A stretch of 64,000 nt of DNA. Source: Camelus ferus (lineage: Eukaryota). Location of the stretch: positions 6,574,001 to 6,638,000 of the forward strand of contig NC_045697.1 of assembly GCF_009834535.1 (NCBI RefSeq). The letters run 5' to 3'. Numbering within the stretch: the stretch's first letter is position 1; every line of letters begins with the position of its first letter. The position numbers were made by a program, and so were the translations under genes. This document shows positions 47,055 to 59,547 of the stretch, in pieces. The notes under the pieces are model-generated. The model saw nothing but the letters and a program-made list of their open reading frames with translations, was not told where the DNA came from and did not search any database.

Positions 47055-47776
47055 CCCTAGAGTGAATCCCCCAGGGCCATTTGACGTCTGGATGGATGTC
47101 TGCCCTCACCTGAAAGAGAGCCAACGGTAGGCTTTTTGGTTTCTTTCTTCCTTCTTCTCATCCTGCTTCCATCTCCACTGTTAATTCCTGTTTCCTGCAT
47201 CAGCATCTCTCAGATCACCTAATTTGGTGCTTCATCTGTGCTGTGGGCTGGTCAGTCCATAATCAGGCGTGTTAGAATCCTTCCTATTTGAAGAGTAAAT
47301 AGGTTCTAAGTTAGCAGAAAATGACTGAAGGGGCAAAGGGAAGAACTAAGCCGGTCTCGAGGATCATTTGCCTGTGCTTCAGAAGGTATTCGGGAGGCTC
47401 TAACGTTTTTATTTGCTTTTCCCTGTTTTTCTTAGAGAATTTTGGGCAGCTCAGGATTCTGGGTAAATGAGATGGAATTATAGACTGAAAACCCAAATAA
47501 CAATCCTCAAAACAACTTTTATTCTTTGCTTTTCTACGCAGATTAATTTTTATGAGAACAAAACAAATATCTACAGCAAGTGAGTTACTACTGTGAATTT
47601 ATTGACTTTCTAGTATACGGAGTCCTTTCTGCAATGCTTCAGGGCTGCAAATGAATACAATTGAAAACTGGTAGGAAGATGCCCTTGGGTATAGCAGGAT
47701 CTTGGATGGAACTCACTGGGCTTTGGTGTCACATACAGGTGTAATCAGGCTGTCACACTACACAGCCCTGCAAGGT

Positions 47777-47802
47777 ACCATTTGAATAAACCATTTGAAT
47801 AA
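47777..47802. repeat. 13-bp tandem duplication
   Basis: ACCATTTGAATAA twice in tandem. Confidence 0.9.
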
Positions 47803-49149
47803 ACATGGCAGCATCAGAAGGAATGGTGACTGAGAATCAAGGCTGATCAATCCTGCGACCTTTGACAAAGGATTCCAGCTCTGAGTCACGGTCTCATTAA
47901 CGATAACGTGGAAAAGACAACATCTATCTCAGAGGAATCTGGGGAAAATTTAATGAAATGATACATGTGAAAATGCCTCAACCCTGTGCCTGGAACTTAA
48001 TAGGCACTCAGTAAATGATCTTTTCCTTCCATCTAATGAACGAACAGATGAATGAAGGCATGCAAAACAATGATCATAACAAAGAGATTATTTCCTGGAA
48101 ACAAGCCATAGAAAACTGGGGAAAATAGATTTGAAATCTTTTCCACTTCAAAGCTAGAAGCAATAACATCTTCCTGTCTATTCAGTCACCCACAGACGTT
48201 TGTCCCCTATCACCCTCTGACACCTCCGTCCTCATCTCCAGAAAAGGTCCTCATCCTCAGTCGTACTTGTTGATGCTGGGCTGCAGTGGCTTGGAAAAAT
48301 GAGACCTTTCACTACACTCGTGATATTTGTAGATACTGAGAACATACTGTATAATGAAGTTATGGAAAATTGCAATACAACTAGCTATACATCGAAGATT
48401 TTATAAAAACTCAAAGGTCGGCTTTCTGAATATCACATTTCCAAAACACAAATCTGGTCATGCTGTCCGGGTCCTCCCCAGCCTAGGACCTGTTGAGTAC
48501 TCTCTGTAGCTTTCAGGTCATTATCCATTCTGTCTCTTGCTTTTCAGCAAAGAATTCTCTAATTACTCTCACCCACTTTTCCCTAAAAGGGCGGAGAAAC
48601 ACAGAAGCTCGGACTTCTGTTTTCCTCCCTGCCACACCTGGACGCCTGCTTTACTACCGAAGTGGGAAGACGGATGATTACAAGTCTAGGTGTCTTTGTT
48701 CTTGTACTAAATTGTTAGCTCTTAGATTGTGGAGAGGGTACATCTGTCTTAATTTATCTGGGATTCCACAGAATCCAATACATTGATCAGAACTCAGTAG
48801 GCAAAGCAATAAGGTTTGTTGAGTGAATATTTGTTTTGTATAGGATGACACCTGTTAAATGTGGCTTCAGCACTACTCTACTGATCCCTGGTTTTGTTCT
48901 GGGTATAAAATTTTAAGTAAATTCCTGGAAATTTTCTGTCTTTGTTTTCATTAATTCCATTTATTCTTTTCTGTTATATAATTGAAATAAACTTGGCTAT
49001 CTGGTTTCTTAATTCACGAGGGATTAAAAGCTAAATCAGAACTTGGCATTCTTCAGAATGGAAAGCTTAAGCACAGAAGTTTACTTTTACTTCCTTTCAA
49101 GGGGGAAGGAAGAGGGGATGGTGGGAAGGAGGCAGGACCTCACCACTCT

Positions 49150-49310
49150 TAATCACACTCTTCCTGGCAGACACTGTGCAAGGTGCCTAATTCAGCTAGT
49201 GCATGATGAGATTACTCTTATATGAGGAAACTAAAGCTGGGAGAGGTGAACTACTGGCCAAGGATCACCCAGCTCACATGTGACAGCACTGGAATGTGAA
49301 CGCTGCAGGA
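49150..49310 (-). mobile_element. MIR SINE
   Basis: ATGAGGAAACTAAAGCTGGGAGAGGTGAACTACTGGCCAAGGATCACCCAGCT. Confidence 0.75.
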
Positions 49311-51526
49311 GGTGTATGTTAAACAAACGTTTCACCCAAGATGCTGTAACAGAAAATGATGTGGGAAATAAGGAAAGTAAGACAGATGTTTCTGAGTCTA
49401 GAGAATTATTTTTGACAGTATAGTTTATGAAATCCTAGATGTCAAAAAAAAAAAATGGTTATGAGTTCCCTGGGGAATTTTGCAGTTGGAGTAAGCTTTA
49501 GGTATACGTTTGTTAAATTCTCAAGCTTTAAAAAAAAATAGTCCATGTAGACCATGGTTTCTCAACCTCATTGCATGTCTCTAAAATATACTTCTTCCTT
49601 GCTGTGCATCACAGGTTGGTCCCCGGGTACCACGAGAAACCAAACAAGAAAAGAAATAGTAGGGCTTTGCCACTTATCAAAGTCTTTTCTTCCTGTTCCT
49701 TCACGGCAAAAAGTAGGAAAGCTTCCAGTGCAGCAAAAATTCAGCTATATTGCTCACACAGGTTAGTCAGACCATATCATTGTTACTACATTTCAATTCT
49801 TGGTGTCAATGGAGTTCCTTAAAATAGAAAATTGTAAATTCTGAACTATAAAATCAGTAGCGTTGTCTGCCATTTCTTTCAGTTGGCGTTCAGGAACTGC
49901 ATTGAGTAAACTGCCAACATGTGATTGAATTCAGCCCATACGGTTGACAAATTGAAAGTATAATCTACTTGGCAGGTTAAAAAAAAAAAAAGGCAACTTT
50001 CATTGTGTAGTTACGTCACTCCCCCGGAAGAAGTGGGGTAGGGAGCTGGGTTCAGCTTTTGAGTCAGCACTCTTTTTGAAGGCTATGCTAAGCTCGGGGG
50101 TACATACAGAAGCAAATCACACCTGAAATGGCTCATAGTCTAGAAAGAGAGACAGGCATTTCTGCACAAATGGAGCAGCTCATTAATAAATACAAATGCA
50201 GTTGTTTGAGGGATAGAAATGACAACAGGAGGAATGTATAAATTCTGTCTAGAAGATTCATTGAAGGTTTTGCTTAAGAAGAAGATGAGCAAGTTTTGAA
50301 TAATGGGTGGGAATTTTCCAGGTGCCCAAGGACACGGAAAGGGCGTTCAAGCAGAGGGAATAAGAGGTACTTGGACATGAACTGGTGAGGTGTGTGAGAG
50401 AAGGTACAAGGAACTGAGCAGTGCTTCAGTCTAATGTACAATGGGAGAAAAAGAAGAACGATGCTGGCTGCTAAACAAGAGATGAGACAGGGAGAAATGA
50501 GTTAACAAATATTGATTGAAGTGGGCAGAACCAGACACTGTAAAACACTCAAGTGCCTAAGACTTACATTAAAGCTTGGCTTATGCTAGTTCATTACTTC
50601 AGAGTGATTTAACTAAATAACCCATTAAAAAAATCTTAAAACATTTTTAATTAATTTCAAAAGGCACAGTGAATGCACTCCCATACTCCCTACCCAAATA
50701 TTAATCCCCATTCATTGTTAAGTCCTAGAATAAATACAGATACTTTAAATCCTGGATTGCTGACGCTAACATTCTTTCCTACAAGAAGAAGAAAAAAGAG
50801 TGAAATAAAATAAAATAAAATAAAAACCTCAATGCTATTAAATCCTACTTCTAATTAAAATTAAGAGTGGATCTAAATTAATATCCAGAAATAAGCTAAC
50901 AGCTCAAAGATGTGAATACAAATATTAAGAAATGATTATATTTTCCAGCAAATATCACTAATACTTTCTAAACACATCTGCTTCAGACGAGTTGATGAAG
51001 CAAGAAGCGATTCCTAGAGTGACTTAGGAGGGAGACTGAGAAAAGATACTTGACTTCCGGGGACTTCATTTCAAAATCTATCTTCCTAGTCTCCCCTAAA
51101 CGAAGATAGATTAAATGCATGGCCCCAGATGTAACCTTGAAATTCCTCTTCATCTGTGCAAAAGGTCTCTTTTAAAAAGCATTGGACATACTCATCAACC
51201 TGGCAGGAATTCCAGAGACAACCTATGATTTCCACCCTAAGGCCTGCCTCATTTGCAAACTTTGAGCCCACACGTTGCCCTTGGTTGACAAATTGTTACC
51301 GTGACCCAGAAGTCCTGATTCTGCCCCTAGGGTGAGATGTGTCTTCTCTTCAGTCCTCCCATCTGTAAAGCGGAAATAGAATTGTCTCGAACGTTACTCA
51401 ACGTGACACCTGCGTCTGCACGCCGTAAAATGGGGCTCCTTCCCTCACCTGATGCTCGTCATGCCGCCCAGGAGAGGATCTTCTCTGGTCCCTCCCAGGT
51501 CCCCTGGACTCTCACATTACTTGCTT

Positions 51527-51556
51527 AAGTCCATCTTCCTCAAGTCCATCTTCCTC
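51527..51556. repeat. 15-bp tandem duplication
   Basis: AAGTCCATCTTCCTC twice in tandem. Confidence 0.9.
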
Positions 51557-53383
51557 ACTCCCATGGAGCTCTGCTCTAGGTCCTTCTACACCCTGCTCAA
51601 CTATTAGCTTAAATAAATATCTTAATACACCCCACCTGTGGTTGATATCCTTCACTGACTCCTTATTAACTGTAGAATAAACTGCTACATCCTTTAGCTC
51701 TGTATTCATGATGGTACCCAGCATATCGTTCCAAAAACGTTTCCAGCCACTGGACTGTGCCAAGCTACATCTGTCTCTCTTCTATGCCTTTGGGCATTCT
51801 CCCTCCCTGATCTGATATCTTATTCTGCTGTTTTTCACTCACTCACTCACTCACTCACTCGCTCAAACAAGCAAAACACCTCTGCAGAGACCCTCCCCAG
51901 GATTCTCAGGCAGTTGGGGGCCCTTCCCTTTCCTCCTACCTGTGACCCTCCCCCATCTGAATGTGGAATCCTCCAGAAGGGACCCCTGCTCTATCAGCCT
52001 TGGTCTTCAGAGCCAAGCTTAGAGACATTGTGAAGTTCTCTTTGGGTGAGTGATTGGTTTGGGTTGTCTGCCCAGGCCAGGCATCAGCCATTCTGAGATA
52101 TACATGAACCATCTCCTCTGTCCCCTCCTGGCAATTCCGAGCAAGCAACTTCACCAAGCTCAGCAGGGGGTGGATCCAGTTAATGTTGTTTCAGAAGCTG
52201 CAGGCGTGTGAGAGGGGGCGGCAAGACCACAGCGGTTCAGAGAAAGTGCTTTGGACTCACAGCAGGAAGCAGAAGGCACATCCAGGAGCCGTCCTTTTCC
52301 GCAGGCGAGTCCCTGAGCCCTGGGGATCTTCTCCTCTGGAGCTGTGAGTCGCTGTGGCAACCACATTTCCCAAAGCTCCTTGCAGGGGAAAGAGACTATT
52401 TAGGTAAGTAGACTTTGGTCATGCTTCAAACATCCCATTTTAAGGGAGAATAAAAATCAGAGGCCTTCTCTTTAGAGATGTCACCCCCCTTCTGTCTCTC
52501 CCCGCACTCAGTCCAGTGCTTCTCTGTCGAAAGAGGCTGCTGGGGTCGGGGTACCTCATGGTCTAACACCATGTGGTGCTCCCAGCTGCCTCTGGTGTAT
52601 GGAATATAGGGCAGACGTCCTCACTCTATGCCAAAAGTCAGCTACCTTTTAGTGTTAGGTCATAGAAGCACCTTTTTCCTTCCATGCCAAATCAAAATTT
52701 ACCACTCACTGTCTATTAATTTGTTGCCCTAACATCCTTCCTTGGGTCTAATCAACAGCAGTAGCCTAAGAAGGGAAGCATGCACAAACTCTAAAACGAA
52801 ACAATCTTGGCCCGGGAATTGTCCTGAAACTTTGTGAAACCTGGAAGGCAGGTTCACGTCACCAGATTTTGTAAAAGAGGAAACTGAAGCTCAAAGGACA
52901 AGTAACTTGCACATTTTTCCGGAGTTGTGGAATGCACAGGCCAGAGTTGAAGCCGGGTCTCTCCTTTTCCACTGTACTCTAGTCCTTTGGTTCCTTCTTT
53001 AAGTGACCACCTGCAGGACACCTGCTTCAGGAAGACATAACCAGTCACAAATGCTAAATGGAAGCCCAGAGAAAAGAATCTGTGGCAAAGAAGCAGTCTG
53101 AAGCTCAGTGACAAGCTGCTGCTCTGCCACTCCAACTTGTCATGCTTTCAGCTCTTCTTGGGTTATTTCTGCTTGGTGAAACATCCATATCTTTATGCAT
53201 CACTGTTTTATTAAGTATATTAAACGGGGGAATTGAATTCGCAAAACGTACTTTGAAAAGTACATATGCTCTGCTAACAGAAGCAGTATTAGAATTATTA
53301 TCATTGTTATGAGCTTTTCTCTTGCTATAGTTTGTGGTTTTTTGCTTCATCTAATCTGACTGTTTTATTGTAGACGTAGATTT

Positions 53384-53864
53384 GGCGGAGGCTGCTAATT
53401 GCTTTCCCAATATCCATTTCCCCTTCCTTCCTTATTAATGAAAGGGTGTTTGTTCCGTGGCAATGTTCCCAGCTAAAAACTGCATCTTCCATTTTCCCCA
53501 GTGACTGTGGATGATCCACATGAGATAATCTGGGACAACTTTCATGTAAGCAGAGCTCATTGGATGGACTCTTATGAAAGATCCTTAAAAAGTGGACTTG
53601 GCCGGCCAGACATCTGTTTTCTCACCTTTCCTTTTCGTGTTTGCTTGTCTGGAATAAAGCAATAATGGTTGGGGTTGGGGTGCCTTGTGACCATGAGGAC
53701 AACAGCAAGATACCCACAAGGACTTTAAACCAAAGTCAAAAACAGTTACTCTTGAATTTCTTGCTATGAAAGAAAAAAATAAATAAATAAACCGGCAGCT
53801 CTTTAAAGTCACCACTATATGAATTTTCTCTTGTGTGCTGCTAAACCAAATCCCTGAGTAACAC
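53384..53864 (+). mobile_element. MLT1J-like MaLR LTR
   Basis: CCCAATATCCATTTCCCTTCCTTCC...GGCAATGTTCCCAGCTAAAAACTGCAT...CTTGTGACCATGAGG...AAATAAACC, ending TAACACA. Confidence 0.75.
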
Positions 53865-54319
53865 AGTCAGCAAAAGGAAGCCAAGTGTGTTTATTGTAAA
53901 AACCCTGGGCTAGAAGTCTAAGATCTCTTAACTGGCCTTCCAACTGCGACTCCTCCCTATCAGGTCTCCATATTTTAGCCAGAGTGGTCTTTCTGTTGCC
54001 TTGCTTAAAAATTCTTCAACAGATTTTCATCATCCTGAGGATAAAGTCACAAACTGGGCTCTGGCCTCTGCCCACCTCCCCATCCTCATCACTCATCTCA
54101 TTGTCACTGTCCTCTGTATCTGCATTAATTGTCTCCCTGCTCCAATGCACCATGTGGTCCTTTGGTTTTACCTTCTGATATGCTGTTCCTCCTGCTTACA
54201 GCATTTCCCCCATCCTGACTCCCTCTTTACCAAAATAATATCAAAATAAATGGAACACTACATATGAATCTCTTCTAGACTGGAATCTTTCATGCCACTG
54301 TGATGGTTTGCAATTACTT

Positions 54320-54560
54320 TTTCAATGTATAGAAACAGAGGTTCTGAGGTCAGATTATCTGGGTTCCTATTTCCGCTACAACACATTTGGAACATCTCCT
54401 GATCTAAGCTTCAGTTTTCTCATCTGTTTAATGGGCATAATAATAGCCTTGCTTCATTATTTTGTTTTAAGGATGAATGAAGTACACAAAAAGTTACTGG
54501 CTAAGAAATAATAAGGCTTAGTTGCAATTATTTCTATTAGCATGTTGGTATTAATCTTGT
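54320..54560 (+). mobile_element. MIR SINE
   Basis: TCTGAGGTCAGATTATCTGGGTTC...GCTTCAGTTTTCTCATCTGTTTAATGGGCATAATAATAG. Confidence 0.8.
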
Positions 54561-55289
54561 CATTATTTTTGAAACAATAATTTCTGTGTAGTTTTCACTA
54601 GCCTTGCAACTTCATTCTTGTGATCGTTACAAAAAGTGAACACATCTTTTGATGATAAACTTTGACTTGAATTTTTTATGTGAAACTCTATGTGCAGACC
54701 ACCATTAAATTACTTTGGGGTTTTTAATCATTTGGGAAGTTTCAGTTTAGAAGAGGGCCTGGGGCTTCAAATGATCCATAGAGAAATGGTGGGTGATGAC
54801 TTGGTGTTCAATCTTAAAGCTTCCATCTTTTACTCACCCCAGATATTTTCTTCTCGTTTCATCATCACTATCATGCTGATGGCCAGATCTAAATGAAATA
54901 TTGCCATAAATTATTCTGGCTAACCAGGAGCCATCAGTCCTTTGTTGAGGGTCAAGTCACTAAATGGTAAAATTGATAATAGTCCTTGCTGGCCTCACCC
55001 GAATCACTTCTCAAACTCTGATAAGTGTTGGTCTAGCACATTTACACATTACCCTGAGATGCCTGCAAGTTACTTTAGCCTTAAGGTGCAGAGCTGACAC
55101 ATTAATAAGGATGCCTTTTACATTTAGGCTATCAGAAATCTCCTTTCAACCATGACTTTAATTGCCCATTACAGATGGAAGTCAAGTTTGCAGGAAGCAG
55201 AATGTTCATTCATAAGATGGGCCAAAAGTTCAATGCACTTTCTATGGGAGGCACAGCGTTAACTTTTAAAGATCAAACTCCAATCAGAT

Positions 55290-55410
55290 TTGTCATGGCA
55301 TTTTAGAACTTGAAGAGATCTAAGGAGTCTTCTAGCTATAATTGCCTTCTTTTACAGATGAAGCACATCAGGCTCAGAGGGGTTAACTAATTGCCCAAGG
55401 TCATATGTGG
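55290..55410 (-). mobile_element. MIR SINE, interrupted by MER5A1
   Basis: TTTTACAGATGAAGCACATCAGGCTCAGAGGGGTTAACTAATTGCCCAAGGTCA. Confidence 0.8.
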
Positions 55411-55578
55411 CAGCACTTCTCAAACTGTAATAAAAGTAAGAACTGCCTGAAGGGATCTTGCTACAGTGCAGATTCTGATTCAGTAGGTCTGAGGCAGGTC
55501 TTGAGATTCTGCGTTTCTAACAGGGTTCCAGGAGATGCAACTACTGCTGGTCCACGGACCACTCTGTGAGTAGCAAGG
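55411..55578. mobile_element. MER5A1-type hAT-Charlie MITE
   Basis: CAGCACTTCTCAAACT...TGCAGATTCTGATTCAGTAGGTCTG...CTGCTGGTCCACGGACCAC...GAGTAGCAAGG. Confidence 0.85.
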
Positions 55579-55811
55579 ATATTCAATGAGGGAAATAAGA
55601 AGTCAGAATTTTTTGGATACCCAATTTACTGTTTTATTTTACCACCTGGATTATCCCTGAAAACCACAAAGGCTTATAGTGATGACTATTGTTCATCACT
55701 TGGGGAGGAACGGTATGCTTTTTAATTAACTGGAGACTGAATCTGAAAAAGGTTCAAGTTCATTGTTAACAAATAGATTATTTAGTCAATTTAAATGTCA
55801 TCAAAGTGCCC

Positions 55812-56030
55812 AGAGTTTCTCAGAAAACTAATAACAGAACTATCGTATGATCCAACAGTGTCACTCCTGGATATATATACAAAGAAAATAAAAACTCTCA
55901 TTTGAAAAGATATATGCACCTCAGTGTTCATAGCAGCATTATTTGCAATAGCCAAGATATGATATGGAAACAACATAAGTGTCTGTCAACAGATGAATAG
56001 ATAAAGAGGAGATATATATACACCACCATA
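55812..56030 (+). mobile_element. L1 ORF2 C-terminal fragment
   Basis: GAACTATCGTATGATCCAACAG...GTGTTCATAGCAGCATTATTTGCAATAGCCAAGAT...CAACAGATGAATAGATAAAG. Confidence 0.85.
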
Positions 56031-56912
56031 CTATATGTATATACTAATTATCTCATCTTCTGTCTTAGCATGAAGAGTCTAGGTCATGCTGGACATTCTG
56101 CTGAACATCACGCTGGTCCACAATGTTGATGAGCCCACAGAATGAGGGTGATGTGGTTAATACATTGGAGATACATGTGCTCCAGTGAACAGGAGATACA
56201 TTCTTCAAAGATTCAAGACTACCACTCCTCAGATACTCCTTTTCAGTCAAGGTACAGAAGAAAAACACCAAAATATGCATATGCATCTAAAGTTCTTATC
56301 CCCACAGCAATCCTCCTATTGTAGAATTTTAAAATGGCCTATTTTATTTTAATCTCTGTCTCTTCATGGGTTTTAAGCCATATGAAAACCTGACCAACCA
56401 TGACTAAGTTGGACACTTGGACTTCCTTCCTGTTACAGAGAGAGATGTTTGATTTTGCTGATGAAGTGAAGTGATATATGTGGGACACTTAGATGTATCT
56501 GTTACATAACAAACCCAACAAATATTAGCAGGTCCATTTGGTATTAACTATTGTCGCTCAACAAATCCTTATTTGAGTGCCTATTACATCTCAAGCTCAG
56601 TTAAAGAGTGACTCTTATAACACCAGAACCAATGAACACCTGAATTTAATCCTAATAGCATTGTTTTGAAGATAAAATGAGTTCGTGTATATTAAGTACT
56701 TAGAACAATTTCTAGCACATACTTATTGCTCAAAAGTTAAGTACTATTAGATTAAGTTTTATTTTCTTTGGATAAAAATGTAAACATATTTTGGTTTTGA
56801 CCTTCTAGGGAACATAGAGTCAACATGAGTTATAGAGCATAAGAGAAAATTTTAGGAAGATTAGTCTGGCAGAGGTCCAGGGAAGAAGAGTAGATGCAAA
56901 GACAGATTAGAT

Positions 56913-57110
56913 CAGAGTATCTCACCCTTGGCATTTTTGATCATTGGGTCAGATAACGCTTTGTTGTAGGGTCTCCAGTTTTCCTTGCAGGATAGTTAGC
57001 GGCATCTTCACGCTCCAATAGCAGCTCCTCTGTAGTGACAACAAAAAAAAAGTCCCCAGACTCTGGCCAATTGTGCCCTGGGGTAAAATTTCCTGTGGCT
57101 GAGAAGCACT
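56913..57110. mobile_element. MER20 hAT-Charlie MITE inserted in L2
   Basis: CAGAGTATCTCACCCTTGGCA...GATAACGCTTTGTTGT...GTGACAACAAAAA...TGAGAAGCACT; flanks GATTAGAT / CACTAGAT. Confidence 0.85.
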
Positions 57111-57376
57111 TCACTAGATGGAAGAAGGGATATGCTTGAGTTGGGGCAGGAATAGAGGAACAGGCTATGAAAGATATTGTAAGGAGGGATGGGGGAATTT
57201 GGTGGTTAATTAATTGAGAGACATCAAAGGAAAGAAGAGAGTGAAGATGATCCCAAAGTTCGTGTCTGTTCCCTAAATACTTGGGGTAATGGTGATAATG
57301 TATATGCAAAGAGGAAAGATTGTTTATAGAAAAAGTAGGTGGGTTCTTTTTTTAATTAAAAAAAATTCCAGTGCAA

Positions 57377-57981
57377 CACCAATGTTCATAGCATACTATT
57401 TACAATAGCCAAGGCATGGAAACAACCTAAATGTCCGTCAACAAATGACTGGATAAAGAAGTTGTGGTATATTTATACAATGAAATACTACTCAGCCGTA
57501 AAAAGAATAAAATAATGATGCCATTTGCAGCAACATGGATGGATCTAGAGAATTTCATTCTAAGTCAATTAAGCCAGAAAGAAAGAAAAATACTGTATGA
57601 TATCACTCATATGTGGAATCTAAAAAAAAAAAAAAAAGACAAATGAACTCATATATAAAACAGAAACAGACTCACAGACACAGAATACAGATTTGTGGTT
57701 GCCAGCGGGGAAGGGGGTGAGAAGGGATAAACTAGGAATTTGAGATTTGCAGATATTGACTGATATATATAAAATAGATTAAAAAGTTTATAGTATATAG
57801 CACAGGGAAATATATTCAATATCTTGTAGTAGCTTACAGTGAAAAAGAATATGAAAATGAATATACATATATATATATATTCCTGTATGACTGAAACATT
57901 GTGCTATACACCAGAAATTGACACAACACTGTAAACTGACTATACCCCAATTAAAAAAAAAATAGTTCAATCCAGTAGTCC
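57377..57981 (+). mobile_element. 5'-truncated young L1 with TSD and an extra 19-nt 3' segment
   Basis: TSD AAAAAAAATTCCAGTGCAA at 57358-57376 and 57982-58000; ORF2-end relic MPFAATWMDLE. Confidence 0.95.
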
Positions 57982-58039
57982 AAAAAAAATTCCAGTGCAA
58001 AATCCTTGGAGGTTAATAATTGCATTCTTTTGGTTCCAG

Positions 58040-58250
58040 GTGGCTTTGCATACATCATCTCCTTTAATACACGTAACTACCTGACAAGGTAAGGCATTAT
58101 TTTTCTTTCTCTGTACACATTATGAAATTCTGAGACTAAGTGACATTCTCAAGGTCACAAGGTTTGTAAGTGGTTGAGGATGGTTTGGACCCACATGTTC
58201 TGACTTGAAGATCTATGCTTTGCCCATAGCCCTCCACTGCCTTCTTGGGG
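58040..58250 (-). mobile_element. MIR SINE
   Basis: GCTTTGCATACATCATCTCCTTTAAT...CTAAGTGACATTCTCAAGGTCACA...TCTGACTTGAAG. Confidence 0.7.
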
Positions 58251-58894
58251 GTACAGAAGTGAGTTCTAAGGGAAGGTGATTTGGCAGGTCCCAAATCAGC
58301 ATAAAGGATGAAAGAGGCTCACTCTTCTCAGGCAGTTAGGGTAACAGAATTACTGTGCTTTGGATTTGCTACAGTCAGCTGAAGTGGTGCCATGGCTTTT
58401 ACACGACTGCAGTCCCAGACGGGGGCCTTGCATTCTCTCTTGCATCTGGCCTTTCCCAGCAAACAGACAACTTCAACATGCAGTTGGAACCCAACACCCA
58501 ATGCACACACACCACCAGTGAATCATACGGCTGCGTTTTCCTGCCTTTAAACAGAAGGCAGATTTTGGCAACAGGGTGCTAATTCCACCTCCAAGTAACT
58601 GTTACTCATGTGCTCTCTTCAAGAGCTGTGTTGTTTTCAGTCATGTTAAGATCCCACCCTTCCCCCTCTTTTTCTTTTGTTTTTGTAAGTTAGAGCAGGG
58701 GAATCTGGCAGGAGGGATGGACCAGAGGTGGACATTAGGCCAGTGCAATGTGAGTCTCCTCCCTGCTACGGTGAAGTCATTTTTCTTGAGAATTACACTG
58801 CATGTGTTAGCTCTCAAAATACATAGCTTTAGCACAATCACTTAGAGCAAAAATGAAAGGTAAGTGTTAACCCAACGACAACCTTCTGCAGAAA

Positions 58895-59310
58895 GTGATT
58901 CAAAAGCCACAGGGTATATACTGACATACACAAAAGTTGTCTCAGAAAGGATTCACAATAAGTTGTTAACAATGGTTGCTTCTGGGGAGAATCAGCATAG
59001 AATAAGGTCAAAACAGCTTACTTTTCACTGTATATATTTTTTGGACATTTGAGTTCTTCACCATGTGAACGCATTATTTGAAAAAGAAGCACATTGTGGT
59101 ACAAACTGCTAGAAAGGTAATGGGGTGTGAGCGTTGAGCAGAAGCAGGGATGTGAGGGTCTCTGGAGGCCAAGTTAATGTTCTGTTTCTTGAGCTGGAGG
59201 TTGATTAGCCAGATGTGTGCACTTTGTGAAAATTCATCAAGCTGTCCAGCAGATGAGACTGGCTCTTCTCTCTAAGCAAGTTATTATTTTAAGAAAACTT
59301 TCAATATGTT
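58895..59310 (+). mobile_element. Old L1ME 3'UTR fragments
   Basis: TGTTAACAATGGTTGCTTCTGGGGAG; AATGTTCTGTTTCTTGAGCTGG...CACTTTGTGAAAATTCATCAAGCTGT. Confidence 0.65.
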
Positions 59311-59547
59311 TAAAGAGTTAAGCAAGCAAAACCAACAAAAAAATGTCTTTAAGAGTAAATTTGGTAGACTGAGTGATTCATTTATTTATGCATTTATTTA
59401 GTTTAAGAAAAAAACCCAACGTGTATCTCCTGTGTTTAGTTGGGACATGAACTGAGAATACAAAAGTGGCTAAGGCAGGATGCCTCTTCTTAAGAAGACG
59501 TAGCCTTGTGATGGGGAAAAGACGTTATATTACAATGAAGCAAGGCT

